DNA of 47,914 bases from Octopus bimaculoides (lineage: Eukaryota). The DNA is taken from the NCBI RefSeq assembly GCF_001194135.2, contig NC_068985.1:86217193-86265106 (forward strand), read 5' to 3'. The position numbers and the translations under genes are program-made. Below are positions 34,401-47,914 of the stretch, piece by piece; within the stretch, counting starts at the first letter, position 1; every line of letters begins with the position of its first letter. The notes below the pieces were generated by a model. That model did no database searches. It saw only the letters and a list, made by a program, of their open reading frames with translations, and had not been told where the DNA came from.

Positions 34401-35189
34401 CCTTTGTATTGTCACAATTCCAAAAGTGAGCCTCTATGCATCCAGTCACTCACTGCTAGAAATAGCATCCCAATTTCCTTCAAATTATATCTTACCATCT
34501 TAAAAATAGGGAAACATAAATTTACTCCAATGTACCTTTACAAAGGAAGGATGGTCTTGAGTGGAATACTTTTGGTCATAACTCTGGACAATCAGAATTC
34601 TACTTTTTGTCTGTTGCACTGATTTTTATAAATGACCAGGGAATAGCCTGCAGTTTTCTTCTGTTTGATGACTGACAGCAGGGATTAAAAAAAAAAGACA
34701 CTTTAATGTTTGATGAAACCTTTAAAGGTATTTTTATGTTCCAATCGAAGTGGAAAGTGTAAACTTCCAGCAAGTTTATTCAAAGATAGCTGAGAGTAAA
34801 CATACCAAGCTCAGCATATACTTCTATGCCAGAGAGTAACAGTTGACAGAGGACAATTACTCTTGGTACTCAGAGTATTTCAAGATCTACTGGCCTTAAG
34901 TGATGGTTCCCTTCTGTGCCTCGATCTTGTAATGTTCTACTCTCTGTCACATTTGTGGTAGTAGTAGTAAAATCAATAAATAATCAGAAGAATGGTTAGA
35001 GAGGTAAGCAAAATGTTTTATGGAAGCTGTTCCATCTCTGCTCTGTGTTCAAATTCCACCAAGGTTAAGTGTGTCTGTCATCTTTCAGGCTCGATGAATT
35101 AAAGTTTGAATGAAGTAGTGGAGAGGTGGGTGGGAGATTTGATTGTTCTCTTGCCTCAAAAATTTTATTTGCTTTGGAAACAATTATTA

Positions 35190-35575
35190 TTATTGTTGGA
35201 CAAAATATTTAGTCAGAACTCTTTGGTTTGTCAGTTCAAAACCTGCTGGGGTCGTTTGGGGTCGATAAAATAAATAAATAAAATATCTGTCAAGTACTGA
35301 AAGAGATGCCATGGACAAAATCACTCGCCCCTAAAATTACAGGTTTTGTGCCAAAATTTGTAAGTGGCAACTTGACAGAATCATTAGAATATTGTTGGAA
35401 GGCTGAGAAGTATTTCTCCTGACTCTTTATGTTCTGAGTTCAAATCTCACTGAGGTCGACTTTTGTCTCTTTTGGGGTCAATAAATAAAGTACCATCCAA
35501 TTACTGGGGGCAATGTAATTGACTTTCCTCCCCTCCCCTCAAAATTTCTGGCCTTCTGCTAAATTTTTAAAAATA
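35190..35575 (+). mobile_element. Two tandem MetaSINE-like copies (about 35190-35362 and 35364-35575)
   Basis: Each has a GTTCAAA B-box, GGGGTC.ATAAA.TAA core and AAAATT.C.GG..TT.TGC 3' end. Confidence 0.7.
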
Positions 35576-35790
35576 AAGTAACAATAAATTGTATGTGGTT
35601 TATCCTTTAGTTCACTTTCAGTATTTTTTACAGAATTAATACCAATGGGAACGTCATAAACATCACAACATCATGTTTGAGTTTCAGTATTTTCATCAAG
35701 TTATCTTTCCTACACAACAACAAATATATGGAGAAGTGGTGGCTGATATTTTCCTCAAAGACATTGACATATGTGTGTGTGTGTGGGGGG

Positions 35791-35826
<36 letters not shown>

Positions 35827-36674
35827 AAGAAAGAGAGGGAGAGAGTGTGTGTGTGTGTGCAGAGGAGGAGAGGTGATATGTACTCGGTTCGAGGATTAAG
35901 ACGTAGGTGGGCTGAGTACAGTTGGTCTCCTGCTCATTGAGGCTGACTTTAGAATTACCCTTTTGATAACGGATATTACTACAACGATGGCGATTGGACA
36001 ATAAGGATAGAAAACAACAGAAAAGAAAGCAACAACAACAACAACAAACAGGAAAAAGATCAATAACAACAACAAGAGTAAAATAAAAATCAATAACGAC
36101 AATCAGAAGAGCAACAACAATGGCCAGCATAAGGTGGAGGAGGGTGAAGAGGAGGCAAGTAACAATAACAACATTAATGATAGTAAACACTATGAAGTGA
36201 CTTGATCTGCTAGAAATAGTATCTAAACGATACTTCAAATCATATTATAACATCTTAGGATGTTTGTAGTTGTGGATACATCAAAGGTGAATATAAGCAG
36301 TGAAGGTCATGGCTGGAAAACACTTGAACATAAGTTTTTACTTTTCTTTTATGACTGGTTTTAGGCATGGGGCTGTGACCATGCTGGAGCACTGCTATTA
36401 TGTGATTTAGTTGAGCATATCACTGTTCCTGTCATCCCACTGTACATAAAGTGAGTCTATATTTTAGAAAAATCCCCTGCAACAACTGTATTAGGGGTAC
36501 CTTTTTTTTTTTAATTTTCATTTGAATCCCTTGAAGGGATAAATGGTGAAATTGGATTTGGTGGGATTTGAAACATAGATTATAAATTGTTGTAATTAAA
36601 AAGTACAGAACATTCTTTCATCTGATATTTTACAAAATGGAGAGGAATTGAATGAAAGGAAGAGGAAACAAGGG

Positions 36675-36691
36675 GCTGCTGTGAGTTGCAG

Positions 36692-36732
<41 letters not shown>

Positions 36733-36771
36733 GGAGAGAGAGAGAGAGAGAGAGAGAGAGANNNNNNNNNN

Positions 36772-36840
<69 letters not shown>
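36675..36840. repeat. (GA)n compound microsatellite duplicated across a 10-N gap
   Basis: (GA)n-AAAGGG-(GA)n appears on both sides of the gap; possibly an assembly duplication. Confidence 0.9.
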
Positions 36841-36842
<2 letters not shown>

Positions 36843-36979
36843 TGGAACATGTCTGAAAGTAACGTTTTGGAAGAATGCATCAGAGTAGTTTCATATTGCT
36901 TTCCTCCAGACACACCAGGAATTGAACTTAGCACTTCAAGCTAACATACAGTTTGTTGAGTCAGCAGAGAACTCTGTGT

Positions 36980-37390
36980 GTATCATTGCAATGATTAGAA
37001 ATAACAGTTAAATATCTCTTAAATCATATCTTGTTTTTATAAAAAAGGACATATTCAATGATAGTAAACTTATGTTTGAAGAAAAGACAGCATGGATGGT
37101 CATGGGTAGAATGTCTTATATCATGTATCTGCTTGATCAGAGCTGACTTCCTGGCTGTTTGAAAATTTGGTGTTCTAACTAGACATACAACACAAAGGAA
37201 ACGCTATGAGGTTATTCAACCTGCTAGAAATGAAATCAAATTTCCTTCAAAGCACAATCAAGTATGAAGGTGACATTGGACAAGGTAGGTCTTACTATAC
37301 ACAAAGGTGGCCACGGATGGAATACCTTTGATCATAGGTGTGCCCAATCAGAGCTTGCCTGGTGCTAAACAACAACTGCACCAACACAGT
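36980..37390 (+). mobile_element. Two tandem family F copies
   Basis: TAGAAATAACAG...GGATGGTCATGGGTAGAATG...GATCAGAGCTGAC (36990-37150) and CTGCTAGAAATG...GGATGGAATACCTTTGATCATAGG...CAGAGCTTGCCTGGTGCTAAACAAC (37220-37375). Confidence 0.6.
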
Positions 37391-38029
37391 GCCTATAACA
37401 AGGTTTGAACTACCAACCTCTTGGTTGGTTATCGACTCACTGTATTTATTCAGCCAGACATTAGTGTTTGCTCTGTATTGTACAGTTCTCATTAATTATA
37501 GAACTCGTTACTGAAGTATTTTAGAAACTATCAATTTATTATTAAATAATACTAATAACTGATAAACAGCAAAACATTTCAACAAAAAAAAAAAAAAACA
37601 ATTTAAATTAGTCACTAAAGGTAATTTCAGTGAAAATTATAAATTTTTGGTAAATATTTACAGCAAAAGAGATGAATTCTTCTAACGATGAAAGATTGGA
37701 AGCAGGTTTTTAAATTAAAAAAATTTTAAATAGCATGTATAACTAATGAAATAATTTAATTAAATGAGAATGAAAAGAAATTTCATTAAAATAATTTTAG
37801 AAGTGATCTGTCAAATAAAATAAAATAAAGGGAAGATTTTTCTCTAACAGAATCTAAATGTATTTATATACAATAAAAGCAGGTAGATGGGTAGAGTAGA
37901 TAGTGAGGAGAAATAAAGAGAGAGAGAGAGAGAGAGATAGGCAGGTTCATTAACTGATATAAATCTACTACAAATATCAGTCACAAATGAATACGACAGG
38001 GTAGCAGGTACATGCTTTCACTCACTGAT

Positions 38030-38275
38030 TTGAGTAGGGATGTAACTGTGAGCTGACACAAATACCCTCCTGCTCATCCCCCGGCCTCTGTCTACCTTTG
38101 ACCCAGCTGAATATGGAGGGAGAAAGGGCCAGACAGTGGCTGACCAAGTGAACAGGAGCTGTGTGAAATGAAGAGTCTTACCCAAGGACACATTAAGCCA
38201 TCTGGCCCAGAAATTGAACACATGTCCCCATGGCTGAGAGCCCAACATTAACCACTTGGCCTCGTGTCTTCCCAA
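38030..38275 (-). mobile_element. tRNA-derived SINE with CORE-like domain (family E)
   Basis: GTGTGAAATGAAGAGTCTTACCCAAGGACACA...AATTGAAC...TAACCACTTGGCC. Confidence 0.6.
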
Positions 38276-38373
38276 TTAATTGAAAGACAGAGACATAGAA
38301 GTAAAGAAAACATAGATAAACAGACAGGCAGAGATATACAATGATGCTAATATACACATTTAAAGATAGATAG

Positions 38374-38377
<4 letters not shown>

Positions 38378-38461
<84 letters not shown>

Positions 38462-38462
38462 G
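38378..38462. repeat. (GA)n microsatellite, about 40 units
   Basis: Direct reading. Confidence 0.98.
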
Positions 38463-41400
38463 AGATAGATACATATGTATGAGTTAGAGAGAGAGAGAGA
38501 GATAATGAGGAGAGAGACAGAGATTGTGTGCGAGAGATTGGACACAGGCAATTAGTATAAGGGCAGAGGGTAATCAATGGAAGTAGTAAATGAAAAAGTA
38601 AACAAACAACAGAAGAAAAGAAAACATTTCACCAACAGATAATGTGATAAAGAGAAGAGTTTTTTTTTTATTCTTTGTTTCTTTTTTTTTTATCTTTCTT
38701 CTCCATTTTCACTAATTAGGAAGAAATGTACAGTCCAAAATAAACTTACAGTAAATGGTTTTAAACTATTTATTTTAAAGAATTTGTAGAACAATGTCTG
38801 TAGATGTTATTATTAGCATTATTACACCAATAAAGATTGGATCTTTGGAGTAGCATTCTTGGTAATATTAAAGTCAATTAATTTCTGTCCAGTCTCTGTT
38901 GTAACCATCTTCAGGCCTCACTGGCTAAGAACAGCTTTAGTTTTTTTTACCTATTCTGACATGGGTTGCAAGGTTCAACAGAATACAACAGGTCCAAGCA
39001 CAGCATCACATTTCATTTATTTGCTGTGGCATAGATTCTATGGCTGGCCACTCTTCCTAAAGTCAACCACATCACATTGTATACTACATGTGCTTTTCAG
39101 GTCACCATCACTTGTGAGGTGAGCATACTATGGACCTTGAGAGAGGAGGCTTTATGCTAGGAGATGAGGGGTTTAAAGTTTGAGAGAAGGGGTCAGAGCA
39201 GAAGAGGTTTCTTGCTGGAGAGGGTCCACATGGCTATTCACACTTTAGAACAGAGGGTGGAGGGGAATGATCAGGTGGAACAAGGAGGAAGAGATAAAAT
39301 AGTAGAGATGAAATGTTTGTGCAGAACCCCACCTCCCAAAGTATCAGGTGACTAGAAGTGAGGGGGTGAGGGGAGTAGTTGCAAGAATGTATGGGAGGGT
39401 GAGAGTTGTGGAAAGAGTGAGAAATAACTTAGAAACTTGTGTAGAAGATGATCTTAAAAAACAAGATGCAATTGGGGTTAATAAAAGCTGGGGTGGGGGG
39501 TGGGGATAATACATTTTCTGTGCATTTTGTAGGAGTTTAGGAAGATGGAGCAGGATGTTTTGATATTTTATCTGGGACATCATGGATTTGACAAAAAAAT
39601 CTGAGGATTCGGCATTTTGCCTACGCATATCTAAGAGAACAAACAACATTATGTGACCTTCATGTTATAATCTAGCCCAGTGTCTCCCAGCTCATGGGTA
39701 AGGGTATCATTTAAAGGGCTTCAAAGGCAAAATTTCTGTAACTTCTGTAATATTTAATAACTTATAAAATGCTTCTGAATATGTTATATGTTAAGTCATG
39801 GGATGCGAGAAATGATAACAATGATGATGATGATGATGATGACTGCAATTAGAGTGATGCTTCTGATGATGATGATAAGGACTACAGCACATTTACCTCC
39901 AAAAAGCATCAAATGTTAATTTTATTAAAATTTTAGGAAACTAGCATCATGGAGACACATTTATAAAGGGTTAGAATGTGATTGTGTGGAATTCATTTCT
40001 AAAGACTAAAAGCAATGCAAAAATTAAAAAAATAAATTTTGTTTTTAATGTGAACTGTTTTCTATCAGGGATTGAAACCTCCTTGTTGATTCAAAAAGCT
40101 ACAAGCTTGGCTCTGTCTCTATTGTGCAACACAATAACATTTAGAACTAACTTGATGCTACTAAAACACCTCTGTAGCTATGATTATGATGATGATTCTC
40201 ATCATTTCACGTCTGTTTTCCATGCTGGCATGGGTTGGATGGTTATTGAATTACTATAAATTGAGTGCTTTTCATATAGCTACACTCTAGAATTATTGTT
40301 GTCCAGACCCAGGTCATCCTTAGTCAAGTAGACATTGAATCTAAACTTTTTCCATCTGTGACCATCCCATCTTTTATTTATTTATTTGTTTAATTTATTA
40401 TTTTATAGATTCTCTCTTTGAATGTGTCGTACAAGATTCATCATTACTTTTACAGGTTGTGATCTGAGGTTGATTTCACTGCTATTTCTACCAGGGTGTA
40501 ATACCTATGTACAGGCACAGTCTTACATTATTGGTGGCGCTTACTGAAAGAGCAAGGGTGCACAAGCGCCCTGCCCCCACCAAAGCAAAGCCTTGCTCCC
40601 CCCACATTGATTTTCTCTTTCCGCATGTCACTACCCTTGTTATTTAAAGAGTGACAATGTCTCCCTGTCCATCAGGTTCAGCTTCTTTTGTGACTCCCAT
40701 TATTATTTAAAGGGCAGAAACATCTCGATTCCTTTCAGTCTTCCCCCTGAAAGTCAGTAATGACTAGCTCCCACCCCCACTAACCCTTTGGATGGGCCCT
40801 ATTTACTCTGATCCTGAAAAGTGACTAGTGCAGCTGTGCCTCCAATGAATGCAGGTAAAACCTGAAATATGTACTCAGCTAAATTTACTGGTGCATCTAA
40901 TGCAATCAATTTGTTGGGAGTTCCAGGTTCAAATATCGGACCAGGACTTTTCGTAAATGGAAATAATATTAAACAACTCTCGGTTTAGAAAAACATCAAA
41001 AACTAGCCTGTCATCACATTAAAAAAGCAATCAATATTATACATCTGATGGGTAGAAGAGTAGTAAAAATAACAAGATGCTGGTCTAAATGGTTTAGTTT
41101 CATATTGCTGTATTGTGAGTTCAAATCCTACAGTGGACAACCATTTCTTTACATCCGTCTGGCAGCATCATTAAATTAATTACAGGACTGGAGCCCAACA
41201 TAATTAAGAATTTCTCATTGGTGGTGGGGGTTGCAATGTATCTGTTTATTTAACTGTCTTTCAAAAGTAAACTGTTGTGACTGAAATAATGATAATAATA
41301 ATGATGATGATGATGATGATGATAATAATGATGGTGGCAATAATAATGATGATGATGATGTAAATGCTGGCTGGTTGATTCTCCAGTTACGATTTACATT

Positions 41401-41807
41401 GGGGGGGGGGAGAGAAAGAGAGAGAGAGTTAACACAAAGGGCAAGGAAGAGAGCACATACTAAGCTTGGTGGCAGACAATGAATAAAGCAAAGCTACACA
41501 CACACACACACACACACACATACACACAGAGAAAGAATCAGAGTCACAGGAGGAGGAGAGGGAGCAACTGACAGAGTGGTCATGGTAGGAGTTATACACT
41601 TGAGAAATTTGTTTTATTTAATTTTATTTGAAGCTAATAAAAATATTTTCTTTAGAAAATTTGTATTTATTTCATCATTTTTATATTTTTTTAATAAAAA
41701 TAAAGTAATAATTATTGTATGGATGCTGTATTTCCTGATATTATGCATGGTGGCAAAAGTATATAATTCTAAAGTTGCCTGTCATTTGATGGGCAACACT
41801 GAAGAAC

Positions 41808-41827
41808 TGATGATGACGATGACAACA

Positions 41828-41860
<33 letters not shown>

Positions 41861-41900
41861 GCGATTGTGATGATGGTGGTGGTGGTGGTGGTGATGATGA
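41808..41900. repeat. (GAT)n/(GGT)n trinucleotide compound repeat
   Basis: Direct reading; explains the poly-Met, poly-Val and poly-His ORFs. Confidence 0.95.
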
Positions 41901-42169
41901 TTTTTATTAGCCACAAAGGCATCAGATGAAGAAGACATTATAAAACAGGCAAGAATTTGTGTGGAGCATTTACATAAAATCAGATGAGGAGGAAAATCGA
42001 AGGGGTGATGACCCCAAATTCCCTTAGAGATTTGGGATCAACTTTGCCTTCAATCATAAGGTGGATGGATGGGTGGGTGGGTGGTCAATAAAATGCTTGT
42101 TGTATTAAATACTGGTATTAATTTAATCTATTGTGTCACTCCAGCTAAGACACAGATACATGAATGGGT

Positions 42170-42512
42170 AAAAGTAGATGGATAGAGAGACAATCAGATA
42201 GACACATCAATCAACAGATAGATAGAGATAGATAGCTAGCTAGCTAGATAAAGCTAGATAAAGATAGCTAGATAGATAGAGATAGATAGCTAGATATATN
42301 NNNNNNNNNNNNNNNNNNNNNNNNNNNNNNNNNNNNNNNNNNNNNNNNNNNNNNNNNNNNNNNNNNNNNNNNNNNNNNNNNNNNNNNNNNNNNNNNNNNN
42401 NNNNNNNNNNNNNNNNNNNNNNNNNNNNNNNNNNNNNNNNNNNNNNNNNNNNNNNNNNNNNNNNNNNNNNNNNNNNNNNNNNGATAGATAGATAGATAGA
42501 TAAATAGACAGA
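42170..42512. repeat. (GATA)n/(GCTA) tetranucleotide repeat spanning a gap
   Basis: Direct reading. Confidence 0.9.
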
Positions 42513-45220
42513 CAGATTGACAGGTAGAATAGTGAAATAAAAAGACAAAAAAGTGGAAATATTGATAGACTGGTAAATAGGTTTATAGAATAGCAAAACA
42601 TGTAATCATATCACTGGGCAGCTAAATCAAAAATTAACAACGTAGAAGAAAAGTTTATAGTTTTTCCCTCTTTTCTTTATATTTTTTACAAAAATTAAAT
42701 TTGGTAAACAACTCCATTGATAAAGTATTAGTGTTGCAGTAGAAGATGGGCCAGCATTTCATCCAATCAGTGGTACCACACTGGATTGAGTTAAGGGTCA
42801 CTGATAATCCTTTTCAAACCCCAACAATGTAAATGGCTGAAGAAGTGAAGCATGGTCTCTGCCACTCATTTAAAGACTGACTTGTGTTTTGTGAAATTGG
42901 AGTGCTGAGTTCAAGTCCCAGCTTGGATACTTTTGTGTTAGGGGATTTAATGTACAAAATGTATTGTATTGCAAATGAGGATATCTCTATGTGCTTGTGT
43001 TGCTGGGGCTTCAAATTTTTCTGAACTATTTTTACTGAAGGATACATTAGATATTATAGTACTAGATCTATAAAAGGACAGGGTGGTCATGAAATGAACC
43101 GGATTTCATTCCTGGGCTGCTCAGTTTCTGCTGACTTTGGGGCTAAACAACTACAACAACAATAATTACTAGACTTGCCCTTAATTAGAGATAAGACATC
43201 AACGTAATTAGAAATAAGTCATTACCTTAATTAGAGATAATAACGATTGATTTGACTGATTGATAATGAAAACCATAACAAACTTTTTCTTCAGATCTCA
43301 CGGTGTACTGGAAAAGATAAGAAGATTCTGAGGTGCGCATGCCTTTCTCAAGGACACTAATAACATGAATGAGGTGAAAACAGCTGAAGTTTGGATTAAA
43401 AATTGAGTGAATTCCATCACTCAGTTTTAGGTGACCTCCACTCCACATTTATCAACAGTCTACCTCTACATTCACCACCACCACCACCACCACCACCACC
43501 ACCACGGCAACAACAATCTCTAATAAACATAATTGGAACACCTTAAGGTCCACAGAGAATGAAATATGGGAGACCTACATTTTGATGTTACAAGCGAAGA
43601 ACATAACATCTATGTCAAAGGAGATACTTAAGATGGGGTACCATTCTCCCCAGAGGTGCGAGAGCCAGAGAATGGAGATTTCAATTTCTGAAATTGTTTT
43701 CTATTAATAAATATGACAAAATACTTGTGATTTTTGAAACGTTTTCTGATCCTGGTTGTCCCATGTATCACAAAAACACTGAACCAGTTGTATCTTTTGA
43801 AGTAATATCGACACCTAACAGGAGCAATGATGATGATGATGGTGACAATTATGATGATGTTGAAGATGATAATGATGAAAATATTATGATGGTAATTATG
43901 ATGAAGATTAGGATGATGACGATGATGGTGGTGGTGGAAGTGGATATATTTAGTAATAATTTGATGGCCAATAAAAGTAAGAGATATTTGAAAATCTTAA
44001 TTTTATGTATTCACCAAAGTGGTTAGAAATCACAGCCAAATGTCCCTTACACTTTAAAAAAAGCGTAAGATGGTTTGGTTATAAGGAGAGGGACTGGGGC
44101 TGAGCTGGGATTAAGCAACAACAACATTTGACATCAACCCACTGAGAAAGTTTTTACACAGTCACTTTGACTTGCTAGAAATAGCAGCCAAATCTTCTTC
44201 AGTTCACTACCTACTGTTTTAAGAAGTGAAGTCTACACTGGACAAGTATATAGTGTTTACAGTGTGTATTATGAAAAATTTGATTCACAACATCAGGACT
44301 ACTACTGGTGGGTAACTGGGTGGGGTAGGTAGTGAGGGTAGCATCATAGTTGAGTGTTAAGAACAAAGAAGATGAAAAATATTAAGGATGCTAAGTGGGA
44401 AAAAGTAGGGATCACATTAGATTTGAGATTGCACAGGAGCAAAGTAACTATGGGGGTACACCTCTTTAAAAATGGAAGATGCAGCCAGCTGAGATATCTT
44501 TGGTCATAAGTCTGATCAGGGCTTACCTGGGGTTAAAAAACAATAACAACAACAACAACAAATACCAAATTTGGCAGTAGAATGTCACATGTCTTTAAAG
44601 AAGGGGTGGAGACAGTCAAGATAAACTCCCTACAATTTGCCCAGTACATATTGTATGAATTTTAGATGTAGACAGGGTCTTGGACAAAGGGCCAAGTGGT
44701 ATTTCTTCTGACTCGTTACATTCTGAATTCAAATTCTGCTGATAAATAAATACCAGTTGCGCACTGGGGTCAATGTATTCAACTCCCACCCCACCCGTCA
44801 GAATATATCTGGTCTTGTGCCAAAAAGTGAAATCATTGTTGTCGTCATCATCATCATCACCATCATAAGGGATTGGTCCCTTCTAGCGATTGTAGGGAAA
44901 ATGGTGAGAGTGAACAGAATTAAATTTAAGCATGCACCTGTAGGTTGGAGAATAATATTTAGAGAAAAGCTCATACCTTTTGTGGTCTGAGTGATCTTGG
45001 ATGTCGTCAAGGTGTTCCTTGATTGGCCCCAATTATAGCCCCTTTTCTATTATTCATGTATTTTGTATTCTATTTTGACTTTCTATTTCATTTTCTGCTC
45101 CACTCCCCACCTCTTTCTCATATGATTTTATGTAAACACCTACAGATTGTAACCATTCTTGTAATGTTCTCATCATCTAATGCCCCCAGGTCACAGAAAA
45201 GAAATTGTGATTATTACAAC

Positions 45221-45266
<46 letters not shown>

Positions 45267-45512
45267 GAGGCACTGGTTTGGCTGAATCGTAAGAGCATCA
45301 GACAAAATGCCGGACTGTATTGGTTCTGGTTCTTTACATTCTGAGTTCCAATCTTGCTCCAGTCAGCCTTGCCTTTTATCCATCTGGAGGTTAATAAAAT
45401 AAACTACCAGAGAATATTGGGGTTGATGGTATTAATTAAACCACTCCCCTCAAAATTGCTGGACCTATTCTTACTACTATTTCATATATGCACAACAGAT
45501 TAGACTCTTGGA
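45267..45512 (+). mobile_element. MetaSINE-like element (family D) between two (ATT)n tracts
   Basis: TGGCTGAATCGTAAGAGC head, CTGAGTTCCAATC B-box, GCCTTTTATCCATCTGGAGGTTAATAAAATAA core; (ATT)n at 45224-45266 and 45513-45566. Confidence 0.75.
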
Positions 45513-45513
45513 A

Positions 45514-45566
<53 letters not shown>

Positions 45567-45918
45567 CATAGATTATCATTTGATGTAAGTATTCATGTAG
45601 GGTGGCGGAATGTTGAATTGCTTTGCCTTGGGTCCTAAATGCTCGACGGAGCTGTAGCAGTGCCATCATGACCTAAGGTGTCTGGTTGGCATATAAACAT
45701 AATAGAGTTGGTAAAATGCCAGACTAAATATGTCCTGCAGTATTTAGTCACAGCACTTTAAGTCCTGAGTTCAAATCCCAACTGGTTTCACTTTTCTTTG
45801 CACCATCCTTGATTCATTGAAAGAAAATACTGTGTAGGGCCAAGGGATAGATATAACCAACAATATTAACCACGGACACTATGAATTTAGAAACTATTCT
45901 TAATATTGTTGTTATTAC

Positions 45919-45987
<69 letters not shown>

Positions 45988-46203
45988 GGTGGCAAGCTGG
46001 CAGAACCAATAGGGTGCTGGGTGGAATGCTTAGCAGCAGTTTGTCCATCTTTATGTTCTGAGTTCAAATTCCTCTGAGGTCAACTTTACCATTCATTCTT
46101 TCGGAGTCAATAAAATAAGTACCAGTTGTGCGTTAAGGTCAACGTAATTGACTTACACCCTCCCACAAAATTTCAGGCCTTGTGCATATAACAGAAAGGA
46201 TTA
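45988..46203 (+). mobile_element. MetaSINE-like element (family D), best-preserved copy
   Basis: GGTGGCAAGCTGGCAGAA (A-box-like), CTGAGTTCAAATTCC (B-box), GAGGTCAACTTTACCATTCATTCTTTCGGAGTCAATAAAATAAGTACCAG (resembles the Meta/Sauria-SINE central domain), 3' AAAATTTCAGGCCTTGTGC. Confidence 0.8.
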
Positions 46204-46289
46204 TGATGATGATGATGATGATACTACTACTACTAATTATTATCATTGGCATTATTATTATTATTATCATTATTATTATTATTACTATT

Positions 46290-46500
46290 GCTAAGAGTTG
46301 TTAAGTGGCTGATTCATTAGAGTTTTCAGTAAAATACCTTGTGGTATGCCCTTAGACTTTGAGTTCAAACCACACCAAGGTCAAATTTGCCATTCACAGT
46401 TTTGGGGTCAATAAAATCAAGAATCAGTAAAATACAAGAATTCATGAAATGGATTTACCTGACTCACAAAATTTTGATCTTCTGCCTATATTTGAAGCAT
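46290..46500 (+). mobile_element. MetaSINE-like element (family D)
   Basis: GAGTTCAAACCACACCAAGGTCAAATTTGCCATTCA..TTTTGGGGTCAATAAAAT. Confidence 0.7.
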
Positions 46501-46729
46501 TTATTATTCATAATTGTGGGAATTACCAATGACCCAAAGTGCTCAATATATTGTGCTCAAATCTCATCTATGTTGGCTTAGACTTCCATTTATCTGGGAC
46601 CAATAAAGTTAAGTACCAGCCAAGTCCTGCAGTGGATTTCAGATGGTATTCCACCACAATAAATTGTGATTATTTGTCACTATAGCGAACGCTTGGTGGT
46701 GTAAGTTAAAGTGTTTCAATATAAAAATT

Positions 46730-47560
<831 letters not shown>

Positions 47561-47845
47561 TTCCTCTTTTACCGGCATGATGGGAGTGTGTGTTTGTGCA
47601 CGTCTGTGTGTGTGTGCATGTTTGTGTGTGTATGTTTGTGTGTGTATATTTATAGTTGCAAATTACATGAAAAAAAAGGGGTTATAAATGGAAATAAAAC
47701 AAGCAAAGAACCTGAATGTTGAAGGAAGCATTTGTTAATTAATCTCTACAAATTATTGATTTTTAGTTTGTTATGAAAAAAAAAGTGTGTGTGTGTGTAG
47801 ACATACACACACACATATATATAATGTATATTCACATATATGTGA

Positions 47846-47914
<69 letters not shown>

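Noticed and set aside
35004-35009. Strong donor GAG|GTAAGC (similarly CCAG|GTAAGC on minus near 44523)
   Set aside because: Lies within degenerate SINE or repeat copies; no upstream open exon.

Overview
Non-coding, repeat-dominated animal genomic DNA. It is most likely an octopus or other coleoid cephalopod, inferred from the SINE families, R4 and RTE LINE fossils and very dense (TA)n/(CA)n/(TAA)n/(GAT)n microsatellites. About 3 kb is N, in 11 gaps that mostly abut microsatellites. I could not support any intact host protein-coding gene; nearly all long ORFs in the track are artefacts of microsatellites, a 20-bp minisatellite or N runs. Recognisable content: (i) five plus-strand fragments of R4/Dong-type LINEs (restriction-like endonuclease), four of them next to (TAA)n tracts; (ii) a decayed RTE reverse-transcriptase LINE at 10.5-12.0 kb (minus) plus smaller RTE remnants; (iii) dozens of tRNA-derived SINE copies from several families; (iv) a type I hammerhead-ribozyme motif at 5151-5195 inside a chimeric tRNA-B-box/(TAA)n/Penelope-like element that was itself hit by an R4 insertion; (v) a 42-bp near-perfect hairpin at 9666-9807; (vi) two CpG-retaining islands (70-410 and 6030-7600) in otherwise CpG-depleted DNA. 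Repeat boundaries were judged by eye (about +/-20 bp) and family names need confirmation against Dfam/Repbase.
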